A stretch of DNA of 64,000 nt from Candidatus Wolframiiraptor sinensis (GCA_023261815.1 JALNKA010000003.1:27725-91724); one strand, 5' to 3'. Positions 1 through 10,662 are shown, numbered from the stretch's first letter. The notes: generated by a model not told the origin, from the letters alone. Numbers and translations: made by a program.

Positions 1-739
1 GATTTCTGGCGCCGTTCTCGACGTTGATCGCCGCGTGCGAGTCCGCGTAATACTCCCTAAGCCTGCTCATGTAATAGACGAAGAGGTTGAAGATGAAGCT
101 GACGGCTATTAGCAGCATCCCTATCAGGATCGCGAGCCCGCCTCCACCGCCCTCCCTACTCTTGCCTCCGCCGAGCCAGCCGGAGAGATAGAGGCTATAT
201 CCTATGTAATAGATGAGGGCCGGGATGAGGCTTATCATCATCATGACTATCATATCCCGGTGCTTCAAGTGGCCCAGCTCATGGCCTATCACGGCCTCAA
301 CCTCTTCAGGGTCAAGGGTTCTCAGCAAGCCCCTAGTAACGGCGACCATGTTCCCCGTTAAGGGGCTCCCATAAGCGAACGCGTTCGGGAGATCTATCTC
401 AGCGATCATGAGCTTCGGAGGCTGCTTTAAGCCGCTTCTCGCGGAGATCCTCTCAACGGCTTCGCGCAGCCACGGGTACTCGCCGGGCTTAAGTTCCCTC
501 ACATGGTAGATCGCGTTGACTATGTAGGGGCCTATGAGCCACTGGAGGAAATGGAATGCTACGACGAAGCCCAGGATGCCGTAGACCCCGATCACCGGGA
601 ACCCGAGATATAGCAGGATCGCTGTCAGGATGAGCGTTGCGAGACCCGTTATGAGAGCCCACACGCCTATCATCGAGAGCCTAAGCTTCAGTAGGGAGAT
701 TCTAGCCCTCTGGGAGGAAGCTCTGGAGAGCCCGGCCAT
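1..739 (-). CDS. htpX: HtpX-family (M48) membrane zinc metalloprotease; 3' end runs off the window
   Basis: Manual minus-strand translation from ATG at 739: N-terminal TM segments, PNAFAYG motif and IGHELGHLKHRD zinc motif. Confidence 0.9.
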   Translation of the reverse strand, partial: MAGLSRASSQRARISLLKLRLSMIGVWALITGLATLILTAILLYLGFPVIGVYGILGFVVAFHFLQWLIGPYIVNAIYHVRELKPGEYPWLREAVERISARSGLKQPPKLMIAEIDLPNAFAYGSPLTGNMVAVTRGLLRTLDPEEVEAVIGHELGHLKHRDMIVMMMISLIPALIYYIGYSLYLSGWLGGGKSREGGGGGLAILIGMLLIAVSFIFNLFVYYMSRLREYYADSHAAINVENGARN

Positions 740-838
740 ACCATCTCGAAAGCATGCTAAGCTTCCTATTAACCTTGACCCTAATTATGACGCTATTATT
801 TTTGGCGAGCTCGCCTGGCGCCAGATCCGCAATATAAT

Positions 839-1345
839 TCAAAGCTTTTTCCAGCTGATCCCCATCCTTTTAAGTCTCTCCAGCAACTCCATGTACCAGC
901 TCGGCAGCATATAGTCATCTATGGAGTATGAGGGTGTATAGGCTCTTAAATCCAGTATTGGCGTCCCATTATAGAGGTCGAGGCCTGAGACGTGAAGCAT
1001 ACTCCCATCAACTCTCTTAAGCCCGAGGATTGTTAATGCTATCGGATTGGGCCTATGCGGCGAGTCCGAGCAGAAGACTCCGACCTCCGGAATCTCCTCC
1101 GGGCTCAGCCCCATCATAATCAATCTCTTAAACCTGACTCTAAGAGTCGTTCTCGCGCTCTCCGGAACCTTATGGAGCCAGGCGATAGCGATTATGTGGG
1201 AGAAGCCTTCTAACCCGATGAGGCCGCTGGAATACTGGGGATAGATCACGATTCTGCCCTCGACGCCCCGAGGCCAAGACATTGCCACCTCCTCATCGCT
1301 ATACTCTGTCTCCACGTAGCCTATCGGGTGAAAGCATATCTCCAT
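839..1345 (-). CDS. trmO: TrmO/TsaA-like tRNA N6-methyltransferase
   Basis: PIGYV, GLEGFSH, GVF..SPHRPNPI and GLDL.NGTPILD motifs. Confidence 0.88.
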   Translation of the reverse strand: MEICFHPIGYVETEYSDEEVAMSWPRGVEGRIVIYPQYSSGLIGLEGFSHIIAIAWLHKVPESARTTLRVRFKRLIMMGLSPEEIPEVGVFCSDSPHRPNPIALTILGLKRVDGSMLHVSGLDLYNGTPILDLRAYTPSYSIDDYMLPSWYMELLERLKRMGISWKKL

Positions 1346-1439
1346 GCTATTTTCTGATGAAGGGCCATGAAAATTTAAACAATCTTCCAGACGATAGCCT
1401 CAAATCCCCCTAATAGCCAAGTTTTCATTAGGTGGCTCA

Positions 1440-2270
1440 ATGGCGTTTGAGATCCCATTGGAAGTAGAAGAGAAGGTGATGAGCGGGAGGGCTGCGGAGA
1501 AGAGATACGCGCTGCTCGGTTTTGGCGGATGGCCCGATGCTGGCAGGGTCGCATCACTCACGGTCGAGTATTTCGCGAGAGCCCTTAAAGCGGAGAAGCT
1601 CATGGAGCTCGATTGCTCGGAGATCCATGATCTAACAATGAATAGGCCTTTCGTGGAGATAAGGGAGGCGCTGATCGAGAGCTTCCGCATGCCCGGAGCA
1701 GTAATTTATTTCTGGAAGGATCCGGGCCAGAGCTCATCCCTCATAATCTTCAGCGGCGTCGAGCCGAGCCTTCGATGGAGGGAGTTTTCAGACTTTATCA
1801 TAGGCTTATGCAAAACGATATCAGCCAGAAGAATATATCTCGTGGGAGGAGTATTGGATCAGGTTCCGCACACTAGGAGACCGAGGATCTCCGCCGTCGT
1901 GAACATGGAGCACTTGAAATCTGAGATGCTGCTATCAGGTCTCGATCTAACGGAGTATAGCGGGCCGGCTAGCATCCACAGTTACTTGATGATAAAGGCG
2001 AAGCAGATGGGCTTGGAGGCTGTGGGGCTCTGGGCTCATACGCCAGCCTACGTACAGCATCCGAACGCGATCGCCGCCTATCACCTGGCCGTGAAGCTCG
2101 CTGAGCTGATGAAGATAACGATAGACCTCAGCGAGCTCAAGATGATGGCCGACTCGCTCCGGCAGGCGATAAGCAGGGCTATGGAAGAGAATGCGGACCT
2201 GAGAAGGATGGTCGAGGAAATCGAGAGAATGTATGATGAGCGGTATGGGAAACCATCCTATATCGCGTGA
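1440..2270 (+). CDS. PAC2-family proteasome assembly chaperone
   Basis: GFGGWPDAG, EPSLRW, VPHTRRP, Y.GP.SI and WAHTP.Y motifs. Confidence 0.85.
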   Translation: MAFEIPLEVEEKVMSGRAAEKRYALLGFGGWPDAGRVASLTVEYFARALKAEKLMELDCSEIHDLTMNRPFVEIREALIESFRMPGAVIYFWKDPGQSSSLIIFSGVEPSLRWREFSDFIIGLCKTISARRIYLVGGVLDQVPHTRRPRISAVVNMEHLKSEMLLSGLDLTEYSGPASIHSYLMIKAKQMGLEAVGLWAHTPAYVQHPNAIAAYHLAVKLAELMKITIDLSELKMMADSLRQAISRAMEENADLRRMVEEIERMYDERYGKPSYIA

Positions 2271-2303
2271 AATAGAGGGGTAACGTGGAGCACATTCCTC
2301 CTA

Positions 2304-2840
2304 TTATTGGCCGAGCTCCCTCTTTATGCTCTCGAGCTCCTTCTTGAATATCCCGTAGGTCTCATCATCGTAGAGGCAGAAGATGACGCGCTCGATTCCG
2401 CTTCCCCTCTGGAGGTACTCCACGGCTGCTCTCAGCATGATCTTAGCGCACCTCTCCTTAGGAAAGCCGAATACTCCAGTCGAGATCGCTGGAAAGGCTA
2501 TGCTCTTGACCCGATGCTGCTCCGCGAGCTTGAGCGAGTTCAGGGTCGCGCTGCGGAGCTTATCATCCTCATCTCCCTCGCCCATCCTCGGGCCGACCGC
2601 ATGTATCACGTATCTCGCCTTGAGCTTCCCCGCGCCGGTGATCACGGCCCCGCCGACCGGGCAGTAACCAATCCTATCGCACTCCTCTTGGATGCTCCAG
2701 CCACCCTTCCTCAGAATAGCTCCAGCAACGCCTCCGCCCATCTTGAGCCTAGAATTGGCCGCGTTGACGATGGCATCAACCTCGAGCTCCGTGATATCGC
2801 CCTTGACAAGCTCAATAACGGAATTACCCACCCTAAGCAT
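2304..2840 (-). CDS. Macro domain (ADP-ribose binding/hydrolase) protein
   Basis: GDIT, DAIVNAAN, GGGVAGAI, VIHAVGP and AFPAISTGVFG motifs. Confidence 0.95.
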   Translation of the reverse strand: MLRVGNSVIELVKGDITELEVDAIVNAANSRLKMGGGVAGAILRKGGWSIQEECDRIGYCPVGGAVITGAGKLKARYVIHAVGPRMGEGDEDDKLRSATLNSLKLAEQHRVKSIAFPAISTGVFGFPKERCAKIMLRAAVEYLQRGSGIERVIFCLYDDETYGIFKKELESIKRELGQ

Positions 2841-2971
2841 CAGGTGACCATTATGCGGTGGAGGAATATAGGTTTGAAGAAGCGTTGTGCTCTATCATTC
2901 CGTGCTCTTTTCTTCTCGAGTGGTGTTGCGCGAAATGCTTTTAGCCTGCCTTCCTGCTGGAGGACCGGCTC

Positions 2972-3631
2972 ATGGTGTCCGTTAAGCTCTTGGAGGAGGA
3001 TGAGAAGAGCGTTAAGCTCTTGTTGTCGGGTGTTCCGCTCGCGGTGGCTAACGCGATCCGGCGCATGGCGATAAATGAGGTTCCGACGATGGCGATCGAG
3101 GAAGTGCTCATAATCGAGAATAGCTCCAGCATGCCAAACGACGTCCTGGCGCACAGGATCTCCCTCATACCATTCATCTCGGATATAGACCACTATGTGC
3201 CCCCAGAGGAGTGCGGATGCGGAAAGAGGCTTGGATGTGAGCGCTGCGCGGTCAGGTTCGTCCTGAGAGCTGAGGCCAAGGATGAGCCGATAACTGTTTA
3301 CAGCGGAGACATCGTGCCAGAGGAGGAGACATCTGTGAAGCCCGTGAGCCCTAGGATTCCGATAGTCAAGCTCGGGCCTGGCCAGAAGATTGAGCTCGAG
3401 CTCTATGTCAGAGTCGGAAGGGGGAGTAAGCATGCGAAGTGGCAGGCTGCGATAGCAACGCTTTACGAGCCCGAGGACGGCGGAAAAGATGAAAGAATAC
3501 TTTATGTCGAGTCTATAGGCTTCCTGCCGCCCAAGAGGATCCTTGTGGAGGCTGCTAAAGCGCTGGAGAAGAAGGTGCTTGGGCTCGAGAGCCTCTTCCA
3601 AGAGGCCATCCAGCAGGGGCCCGGGAAATGA
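2972..3631 (+). CDS. rpoD: DNA-directed RNA polymerase subunit D (Rpo3)
   Basis: ANAIRR..I.EVPTMAI, LAHRISLIP, Cys cluster, HAKW. Confidence 0.95.
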   Translation: MVSVKLLEEDEKSVKLLLSGVPLAVANAIRRMAINEVPTMAIEEVLIIENSSSMPNDVLAHRISLIPFISDIDHYVPPEECGCGKRLGCERCAVRFVLRAEAKDEPITVYSGDIVPEEETSVKPVSPRIPIVKLGPGQKIELELYVRVGRGSKHAKWQAAIATLYEPEDGGKDERILYVESIGFLPPKRILVEAAKALEKKVLGLESLFQEAIQQGPGK

Positions 3632-3665
3632 TTTTTTAGAGACCTTTAAGGTGAGTTGATCCACG

Positions 3666-4028
3666 ATGGTTAGCCGGAGAAAGGTTGTCAAGCCGGGGCT
3701 CAAGCTGAGCATTGTCAAGGCAATACCGGGGAAGGCGAGGAAGACGAGATTCTGGAAGAGAATACTGGAAGAGGCGGAGAAATCTAGGAGGCGGAGGAGG
3801 GTCGTAAACCTTTACAAGCTCAATAGATTAACACGCAACGGCGACGTTGTTTATGTTCCGGGAAAGGTTTTGGGCTCCGGGAGCATTGACCACGCGATAA
3901 CGATCTCGGCTTTCAGCTTCTCGCAAAAAGCCTATGAAAAGCTCTTGAAATCCGGGTGCACAATCCTGACGACGAGGGAGTTTGCCGAGAAATACCCGAC
4001 CGGGAGCGGCGTGAAGATAATAGGCTGA
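3666..4028 (+). CDS. rpl18e: 50S ribosomal protein L18e
   Basis: VNLYKLNR, VPGKVLGSG, A..FS; follows rpoD. Confidence 0.93.
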   Translation: MVSRRKVVKPGLKLSIVKAIPGKARKTRFWKRILEEAEKSRRRRRVVNLYKLNRLTRNGDVVYVPGKVLGSGSIDHAITISAFSFSQKAYEKLLKSGCTILTTREFAEKYPTGSGVKIIG

Positions 4029-4079
4029 ACTCTCCTGATTAGCATCGGAGGAGAGTCAAAATAGAAGCTTAAATAGGTC

Positions 4080-5294
4080 TTGCCGGGTGATCTCGTGAAT
4101 CGCTGGATATACCCGCCCATAGGCCTCGTGATAAACCTGATGCTTGGGACGATCTATAGCTGGAGCGTCTTCAGAAAGCCCTTGGAGAGTTTTTTCGGCT
4201 GGAGTGCTGTGGAATCGGGCTTACCATTCACGGTATTCTTGCTGGCCTTCGCCCTCCTCATGCCTCTCGGAGGAAAGCTGATGGAGGTTTTGGGACCTAG
4301 GAAGACATCGCTGATGGGGGGCGCGCTGGTGGGCCTTGGATGGTTTTTGACGAGCCTCGTTGCCGACCTACCCGAGCCCCTGATATTCACGCTAATCTTC
4401 TATGGCGTGATCGCGGGAGCTGGTGTAGGAATAGCTTACGGCGTCCCAATCTCGGTCTCGAGCAAGTGGATACCGGAGAGAAGGGGCTTAGCCGTGGGAG
4501 TAACGATACTGGGATTCGGTTTATCGCCGCTGATAACAGCCCCCATCGCGAATCACCTGATATACGAGGTCGGCGTCATGAGAACATTCGCATACCTCGG
4601 GATAATATTCGGAGCATTATTGATCGTGCTCTCGATCCCGCTCAGCTTCCCACCGGAGAGCTGGGCGCCGCCAAGCACAAGTGCTCAGGCCGCGAAAACA
4701 AGGGTTCTGGCGGAGCTGGCGCCGAGGCAGATGATAAGGACTCTAACATTCTACGGCCTATGGCTCTCATACGCGCTTGGAACGCTCGGCGGCTTCACAG
4801 CAATATCGCTCGCGGCGAAATACGGGCAGGAGGTGGTTAAGCTTACTCCTGAGCTCGCCGCCGCCGCAACGGCAGCATTCGCGGCCTTCAATGGCGCTGG
4901 AAGACCTGCCTTTGGCTATCTCTGCGATCGGCTTGGCGTGAGAAAGACCGCGCTAATATCGTTCCTCATAATCTTCGCCGCCGCGCTTGCGGCCACCCAG
5001 GCCCATATCCTGCCCCTATACTTGATCTCCTTCGCTCTCTTATGGCTGGTCTTCGGCGGGTGGCTCGCGATCGCTCCCGCTGGCACATCCACGTTCTTCG
5101 GTCTCAAGCACCTCGGCACAAATTATGGGATAGTCTTCACGGGATATGGGGCCGGCGCGCTCATAGGCCCAACCCTAGCGAGCTACCTTCAGACAATCAC
5201 CGGGTCATATTCTCCAGCATTCCTAACAACAGCGGTTCTAGCGGTTATCGGGCTAATGATCTCCGCGGCCACGCTGAGGCCCCCGAAAGCATGA
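4080..5294 (+). CDS. MFS transporter, OFA (oxalate/formate antiporter)-like
   Basis: About 12 TM helices; LGTIYSWSVF, KWIPERRGLA.G and FNGAGR..FG..CDRLG motifs. Confidence 0.85.
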   Translation: MPGDLVNRWIYPPIGLVINLMLGTIYSWSVFRKPLESFFGWSAVESGLPFTVFLLAFALLMPLGGKLMEVLGPRKTSLMGGALVGLGWFLTSLVADLPEPLIFTLIFYGVIAGAGVGIAYGVPISVSSKWIPERRGLAVGVTILGFGLSPLITAPIANHLIYEVGVMRTFAYLGIIFGALLIVLSIPLSFPPESWAPPSTSAQAAKTRVLAELAPRQMIRTLTFYGLWLSYALGTLGGFTAISLAAKYGQEVVKLTPELAAAATAAFAAFNGAGRPAFGYLCDRLGVRKTALISFLIIFAAALAATQAHILPLYLISFALLWLVFGGWLAIAPAGTSTFFGLKHLGTNYGIVFTGYGAGALIGPTLASYLQTITGSYSPAFLTTAVLAVIGLMISAATLRPPKA

Positions 5295-5366
5295 AGAATC
5301 CTCCAGGAGGCATACACCAAGATCTATATATTTAGGCCCCTTCATGCTGATCCGGGAGCCGAGGTC

Positions 5367-5867
5367 ATGGCTACTCAGGAATTGAGGGTGCTGGAAAAAA
5401 GAGCGAAGAGCGTAGTCGTCGATTTAACGATGCATAAGGTTGGGAGAGCCGCCTCTAGGATAGCCAAGATGTTGCTGAGCGGCGTTAGCGTGACGGTGGT
5501 CAACGCGGAGAAGGCCATAATCACGGGCAAGAAAAAGGCGATACTCGAGAGATATAAGTTCCTGACTTCTAGGAGGGCTCTCGTCTCCCTGAGGCGGCGC
5601 ACGGTCTGGTACCCGAAGAGGCCCGAAAGGATATTCTGGTACACGGTTTATAGAATGCTTCCAAGGCATAATAGGCGCTGGAAGGAGGCTTTGAAAAGGC
5701 TGAAAGTTTATGCCGGGGTTCCCAGGGAGCTTGAGAATGTTGAGAAGATCGTGATCGAAGACGCGGTTCTCCGGGAGCCCATAAGCAGATCCGGCAGGAT
5801 AATCAGGTACATGACCCTCGGCGAGCTGAGCAAAGAGCTTACGGGAGGGAGGATGAGCTATGGCTGA
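5367..5867 (+). CDS. rpl13: 50S ribosomal protein L13
   Basis: GRAAS.IAK.LL.G, VVNAEKAIITG, P.RPERI..TV.RMLP. Confidence 0.93.
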   Translation: MATQELRVLEKRAKSVVVDLTMHKVGRAASRIAKMLLSGVSVTVVNAEKAIITGKKKAILERYKFLTSRRALVSLRRRTVWYPKRPERIFWYTVYRMLPRHNRRWKEALKRLKVYAGVPRELENVEKIVIEDAVLREPISRSGRIIRYMTLGELSKELTGGRMSYG

Positions 5868-6258
5868 GGCTCTCAGGATATTCGTTGGAAAAAGGAAGAC
5901 GGCGGTCGCGCGTGTTCTCATCAGGCCGGGCGCGGGCAGAATACTGATAAACAATCAGCCCCTCGAGCACTTTGGAAACGAGATTGTCAGGATGAAGATA
6001 TTGACTCCCCTCTACTTCGATGAGAAGTTTTGGAAGAGCCATGACTTCGACGTGAAGGTTGAGGGCGGTGGGGTCATGGCCATCGCCGACGCGGTCGCAT
6101 TCGCCCTGGCGAGAGCGGTGGCAGAGCATAATGAGAGGGCCGGCGAGGAGATAAAAAGCTACAATAGGGTGCTGCTGGCAGGAGATCCGAGGCAGGCGGA
6201 GCCGAAGAAGCCCAACAGGAGATCCGCTAGAAGATTCAAGCAGAAGTCCTATAGGTAG
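5860..6258 (+). CDS. rps9: 30S ribosomal protein S9
   Basis: GKRKTAVAR, GGG, DPRQAEPKK and C-terminal QKSYR. Confidence 0.96.
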   Translation: MAEALRIFVGKRKTAVARVLIRPGAGRILINNQPLEHFGNEIVRMKILTPLYFDEKFWKSHDFDVKVEGGGVMAIADAVAFALARAVAEHNERAGEEIKSYNRVLLAGDPRQAEPKKPNRRSARRFKQKSYR

Positions 6259-6981
6259 CTATTCCTCGACCCTGACTCCCTTAATGACGCCGTTCGAGAG
6301 AATTGGGACGATGTTCGATACATCCTCCATCAGGCAGAGTTCGAGATCCATCCCCCACCCGATCTCTCGGAGATATCGCGCGGTGCGGCTCTGCAGCACG
6401 AGGCTTCTCCAGTCCTCATTCTCGTAGGCCAGCTTGGCCAGGAGCGCGGTGTCAGAGAGCTCCTCTTCACCGAGCCTAGAGACTATCGCTCCAGCCCCTA
6501 TAACGTCTTCCAGGGACACGAGCTTATCCGGGATGTGTCCGCATGCGATTATCGAGACGCTGTCGAGGCCGAGCCTCTTAAGGTACTTAGCGACGGCGCT
6601 GGCATTCACGAGCCCCCCGATGATGAGATGCTTGGCGTGGTTCATGTGCCTAGAGACGACTCTTATGAGGTTGGTTGAGCAGTAGATTATCCTTCTTCCC
6701 TCCACGCGCGCTCGGATGAGCAGGCTGGGCGAGATATTGAGGTCGAATTCCCTTGGAGTTATCCCCATCCTCTCGCCGACGAGCAACACCTGCTCGCCAA
6801 GCCTCCTCCTGAGTATCCTAGCCTTATCGAGCGAGTTGCAGGGAATGATCTCCACCGCCCCATTCTCCAAAGCTTTGACGAGGGATGTGCTTGACCTGAA
6901 GATGTCCACGACTACCAGGTTCTCGGCGGGCTCTTTGGGAGGACCTAACACCACGTCTACCCGCATCATTTTTTGCCGCAA
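6259..6981 (-). CDS. comB: 2-phosphosulfolactate phosphatase (ComB) family
   Basis: VVVDIFRSST, GER.G....FDL.ISP, STN, LED.IGAG. Confidence 0.85.
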   Translation of the reverse strand: MRQKMMRVDVVLGPPKEPAENLVVVDIFRSSTSLVKALENGAVEIIPCNSLDKARILRRRLGEQVLLVGERMGITPREFDLNISPSLLIRARVEGRRIIYCSTNLIRVVSRHMNHAKHLIIGGLVNASAVAKYLKRLGLDSVSIIACGHIPDKLVSLEDVIGAGAIVSRLGEEELSDTALLAKLAYENEDWRSLVLQSRTARYLREIGWGMDLELCLMEDVSNIVPILSNGVIKGVRVEE

Positions 6982-7061
6982 AGGTGCTCAATTTTAAAGA
7001 TTTACAACTCGCACTACGTTAAAATAATGATGAAAAGGTCCTAATTCGGGGTTGTCTGGAC

Positions 7062-7322
7062 ATGATGTTTCCGATTAGGTGCTTTAGTTGCGGCGCGTTG
7101 ATCGCGGATAAGTGGGAGGAGTATTCTAGGAGGATTGAGGAAGGCGAGCATCCCGGAAAAGTCCTGGATGATTTGGGCATAAAGAGATACTGCTGCAGGA
7201 GGATGTTCCTGAGCCACTGCGAGTATTTCGACGAGATAGTTAAGCTTCACGCGCTTTATGGATCCAAGCCTTATCTCAAGACCGAGAAGGAGGAGGTGGA
7301 GGAGAATGAGCCTGAGGCTTGA
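7062..7322 (+). CDS. rpoN: RNA polymerase subunit N (Rpo10)
   Basis: PIRCFSCG and [14 protein letters not shown]. Confidence 0.97.
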   Translation: MMFPIRCFSCGALIADKWEEYSRRIEEGEHPGKVLDDLGIKRYCCRRMFLSHCEYFDEIVKLHALYGSKPYLKTEKEEVEENEPEA

Positions 7323-8556
7323 GAAGCTGAGGGCCAGAAAAGTTTACAACAGCCGGGGAGAGGAGACGATCGAGGTTGATGCCTGGGTTGATGGCGCCTT
7401 AGGGAGGGCGGCTGCGCCGGCTGGAAAGAGCAAGGGCGGGAAGGAGGTGATGTACTACCCCGAGGGCGGTGTAGATGAGTCTCTGAGAATCATTAATGGC
7501 GAGCTGGCCGCTAGGCTCAAGGGCCTCGACGTCTCGGATCATGAGGCCCTCGATGAGGCCTTGAAAAAATATGATGGGACAGTGGATTTCCGGAGGCTGG
7601 GGGGTAACGCGGCCTTTGCTATCTCGCTCGCGGTGGCCATAGCGGCGTCGAACGCGGCTGGGAAGCAACTTTACGAGCATCTCCGGATCGTCGATTCATT
7701 TAGGCTGCCGTATCCGCTCGGGAATGTGATTGGCGGCGGCGCTCATGCTGGTAGGGGCGCTCCGGATTGGCAGGAGATGCTAGTGAGCCCGATCGGGGCG
7801 AGGAATGTGGAGGACGCTGTTAAGGCGAACTTCATGGTCCACGCGAGGGTCGGGAAGCTCCTTGACAAGCATCTGGGAGGATTCACGCTCGGTAAGGGCG
7901 ATGAGGGCGCATATGCGCCGCCGATAAAGACCGAGGATGGTCTTCGGCTCTTGAAGCAGGCGGCGGATGAGATCTCGGATGAGCTCGGCTTCAAGATAAG
8001 GGTGGGCGCTGATGTCGCGGCATCAAGCCTCTGGAACCCTAAGAAGAGGAGATACGTTTACCCGACGGAGGGGGTTGAGCTCGATCGGGAGGCGCAGATG
8101 AGCAGGGTCGCTGAGTGGATTGACAAGTATGAGCTCTTCTACGTCGAGGACCCGCTCGAGGAGGATGACATGGAGGGCTTCGCCGACCTCTGCAGGCAGG
8201 TGGGCGAGAAAGCACTCATCTGTGGCGATGATCTGATCGTGACGAATCCGGAAATCCTAAGCCGGGCGGCTGAGCTAAAAGCCGTGAGGGCGGTGATAAT
8301 TAAGCCGAATCAGGTGGGCTTGCTCACCACGGCCATGAAATCCGTCAAGATCGCTCATGAGAATGGGATCATATCCGTGGTCTCTCACAGGTCTGGAGAG
8401 CCCCCGGAGGGGCATTTAGCTCAGCTCGCGGTAGCTTGGGGTGGAAAGCTCCTGAAGGCCGGGGTGGTCGGCGGAGAGCGGGTCGCAAAAGCCAACGAGC
8501 TCCTGAGAATAAGCGAGATTGTTGGCTTGGATAAGATGGCCGAGCTCAAGATTTAG
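7306..8556 (+). CDS. eno: Enolase
   Basis: NSRG..TIEV, GDEG, EDP..E.D, GDDL.VTN, IKPNQVG, SHRSGE, ERVAK.NELL; start moved to ATG 7306. Confidence 0.95.
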   Translation: MSLRLEKLRARKVYNSRGEETIEVDAWVDGALGRAAAPAGKSKGGKEVMYYPEGGVDESLRIINGELAARLKGLDVSDHEALDEALKKYDGTVDFRRLGGNAAFAISLAVAIAASNAAGKQLYEHLRIVDSFRLPYPLGNVIGGGAHAGRGAPDWQEMLVSPIGARNVEDAVKANFMVHARVGKLLDKHLGGFTLGKGDEGAYAPPIKTEDGLRLLKQAADEISDELGFKIRVGADVAASSLWNPKKRRYVYPTEGVELDREAQMSRVAEWIDKYELFYVEDPLEEDDMEGFADLCRQVGEKALICGDDLIVTNPEILSRAAELKAVRAVIIKPNQVGLLTTAMKSVKIAHENGIISVVSHRSGEPPEGHLAQLAVAWGGKLLKAGVVGGERVAKANELLRISEIVGLDKMAELKI

Positions 8557-8686
8557 AAATCCCTCCACCGCTCCTTTTCCCCTCCTTGGAGCATCTCAAC
8601 CGCGCCCGAGAAGACTTGGTTCCCGGGCTTCCAGAGCCCGGAGGTAATATTTTTTAGAGGATTTGATTATCGGCGTGGAAGCGGAC

Positions 8687-9316
8687 ATGAGCGAGGAAGC
8701 AGTCGACTCGATGGAGAATATACAAGAGCTCTTCATCAAGAATGGCCTCTACATAGGCTCGAGGATAAGGGTCAAGCACATGGAGAGGTTCATCTTCAGG
8801 CTTAGGCCGGATGGCGTCTATCTAATAGACCTGAACAAGATAATTGAGAGGCTGAACATTGCTGCCAGATTCATCTCGTATTACAGGCCCGAGGAAGTCG
8901 TTGTGGTCTCAACGCACGTCTACGGCGTGGTCCCCGTCCGAAAGTTCTGCGAATACACCGGCTGCATACCGATTGTGGAGAAGTTCGAGCCGGGGACGTT
9001 CACGAACCCGAGCCTTAAAACCTACTTGGAGCCCGAGCTGGTCCTAGTCTCCGACCCGAGATATGATAACCAGGCAGTGGTAGAGGCGAAGATAGCCAGG
9101 ATCCCCACGATAGCGATGTGCAGCACGGATAACATGATCTCGAACGTGGACCTCGTGATCCCCGTGAATAATAGGGGGCGCCTCGCCCTACCCTACGCCT
9201 TCTGGTATCTAGCCAGGAGAGTTTTGATCGAGAGGGGTGAGATGACTCCCGAGCTCTCGGAGAGGCTTAAACCGGATGAGTTCCTCCAGATAAGGGTGCA
9301 GCAGGCTAAGGCTTGA
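8687..9316 (+). CDS. rps2: 30S ribosomal protein S2
   Basis: M..FIF..RPDG.Y, PGTFTNP, DP..D.QAV.EA, DLVIP.NNRG. Confidence 0.94.
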   Translation: MSEEAVDSMENIQELFIKNGLYIGSRIRVKHMERFIFRLRPDGVYLIDLNKIIERLNIAARFISYYRPEEVVVVSTHVYGVVPVRKFCEYTGCIPIVEKFEPGTFTNPSLKTYLEPELVLVSDPRYDNQAVVEAKIARIPTIAMCSTDNMISNVDLVIPVNNRGRLALPYAFWYLARRVLIERGEMTPELSERLKPDEFLQIRVQQAKA

Positions 9317-10094
9317 GCCTCGTCCCGGGAACCGGGAGCCCCAGAACCGCGTTCCTCAGCCTATCCTCCGCCAAGCCATTGATGAAAAGCACCTCGACGC
9401 CCGTCTCGGCAGCCGCGAACCCCTCCTCTATCTTCCGGGATATCCCGCCGGTCACGTCCTCAACGCTGCCCCCAATTGGGGCTATGCTCATTCCCCGGGA
9501 AAACTCCTCCGCGACCTTGACCCCGCCCGTCGCCCAATCCCTAACGTAGATTCCATCAACGTTCATGGCGAAGATCAGTCTCTTGGCCCGGAGCCTGACT
9601 GCGAGGTATGAGCTTATCTCGTCGCCGGAGAGCACGGTGAATCCCAGATCGCGGTCGAAGACCACGTCTCCGGATGTTATGGGGACGAGGCCGAGCCTTA
9701 GGGCTGAGAGCACGGGCTCGAGATTGCACGTGCTTATTCTCCCAGATCTCGTCGTAAATATTGATGAAGCTGGTATTGAGATGGCCATCAAGCCCCCTTC
9801 GATGAGACTCGATAGAACATCGAGGCAAAGCACTCTGACGACTCTGGACGTCTCGATGAAGCCTCTAAGGCCGCCCCTGCTCCTCAGCCCCTCCGAGACG
9901 GAATACTCCTTCGCGACCGGATGAGCATATGAGCCGCCGCCGTGGACGACTATGAGGTCCGCCCCCGACCTCCCAACCGCCTCGGCGAGCTCCCTTCCAA
10001 GCCTCCTAACAACCTCAGCATTCAAGGAGAATCTCCTGCTCTTATCGGTTATTAGGGATCCACCGAGCTTAACGATGATCAGCGGCGGCCCCAA
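9306..10094 (-). CDS. ipk: Isopentenyl phosphate kinase (amino-acid kinase family)
   Basis: VKLGGSLITDK, VHGGGSYAH, GDVV.D, SGD, DVTGG...K; start set at TTG 10094 (uncertain). Confidence 0.88.
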   Translation of the reverse strand: MGPPLIIVKLGGSLITDKSRRFSLNAEVVRRLGRELAEAVGRSGADLIVVHGGGSYAHPVAKEYSVSEGLRSRGGLRGFIETSRVVRVLCLDVLSSLIEGGLMAISIPASSIFTTRSGRISTCNLEPVLSALRLGLVPITSGDVVFDRDLGFTVLSGDEISSYLAVRLRAKRLIFAMNVDGIYVRDWATGGVKVAEEFSRGMSIAPIGGSVEDVTGGISRKIEEGFAAAETGVEVLFINGLAEDRLRNAVLGLPVPGTRLKP

Positions 10095-10137
10095 ACACCG
10101 GCACCAAAAATATTTCCGCCCGGACTCAATATAAGGT

Positions 10138-10620
10138 ATGCTCATGGATTACGCGAGCCCGCCGAGGAGCATTAGGATCGAGCAGGCGAGCCTAGATGAT
10201 CTCGAGGAGCTTTATGAGCTCGAGAGAAAATGCTTCGGCGGGGACGCTTATACGAGATCCATCCTTAGGCTGCTGCTGATAGATCCGAGCTCGATCCCGC
10301 TGAAGGCCGTTAATGCAGAGGGCGAGCTCGTGGGCTCGGCGATAGGTAGGATCGAGAAGATCGGCGGCAGGATCTTGGGTCGAGTCTACACGCTGGATGT
10401 TAGGCCGGATTTCCGCAGAAGAGGGATCGGGGCAGCGCTCCTGAAGAGGCTCGAGGAGGAGTTCAGGAGGCTTGGATGTGAGAAAGTGGTGCTGGAGGTG
10501 GCGGTCGATAATGAGCCGGCGATAAGCCTCTACAAGTCGCTCGGATACGAATTCATATCTAGGTTGAAGGACTATTATGGCCGCGGCAGGGACGCATATC
10601 GGGCTGAGAAGGATCTATAG
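10138..10620 (+). CDS. RimI/Ard1-like GNAT N-acetyltransferase
   Basis: V.PDFRRRGIG, LEVAVDNEPAISLY..LGY, YY..G.DA. Confidence 0.88.
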   Translation: MLMDYASPPRSIRIEQASLDDLEELYELERKCFGGDAYTRSILRLLLIDPSSIPLKAVNAEGELVGSAIGRIEKIGGRILGRVYTLDVRPDFRRRGIGAALLKRLEEEFRRLGCEKVVLEVAVDNEPAISLYKSLGYEFISRLKDYYGRGRDAYRAEKDL

Positions 10621-10662
10621 CGGAAACATTTTCTAGATCCCCTAGTCGAGATCCCGTCGAGG

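Noticed and set aside
2307-3718. 255-aa and 292-aa overlapping ORFs
   Set aside because: Antisense shadows of the macrodomain and rpoD genes
7025-7062. ATGATGA as a C/D box sRNA
   Set aside because: No properly placed CTGA D box; more likely the rpoN promoter region
8624-8642. Hairpin CCGGGCT-TCCAG-AGCCCGG upstream of rps2 as an autoregulatory RNA
   Set aside because: Single short GC hairpin with no further support
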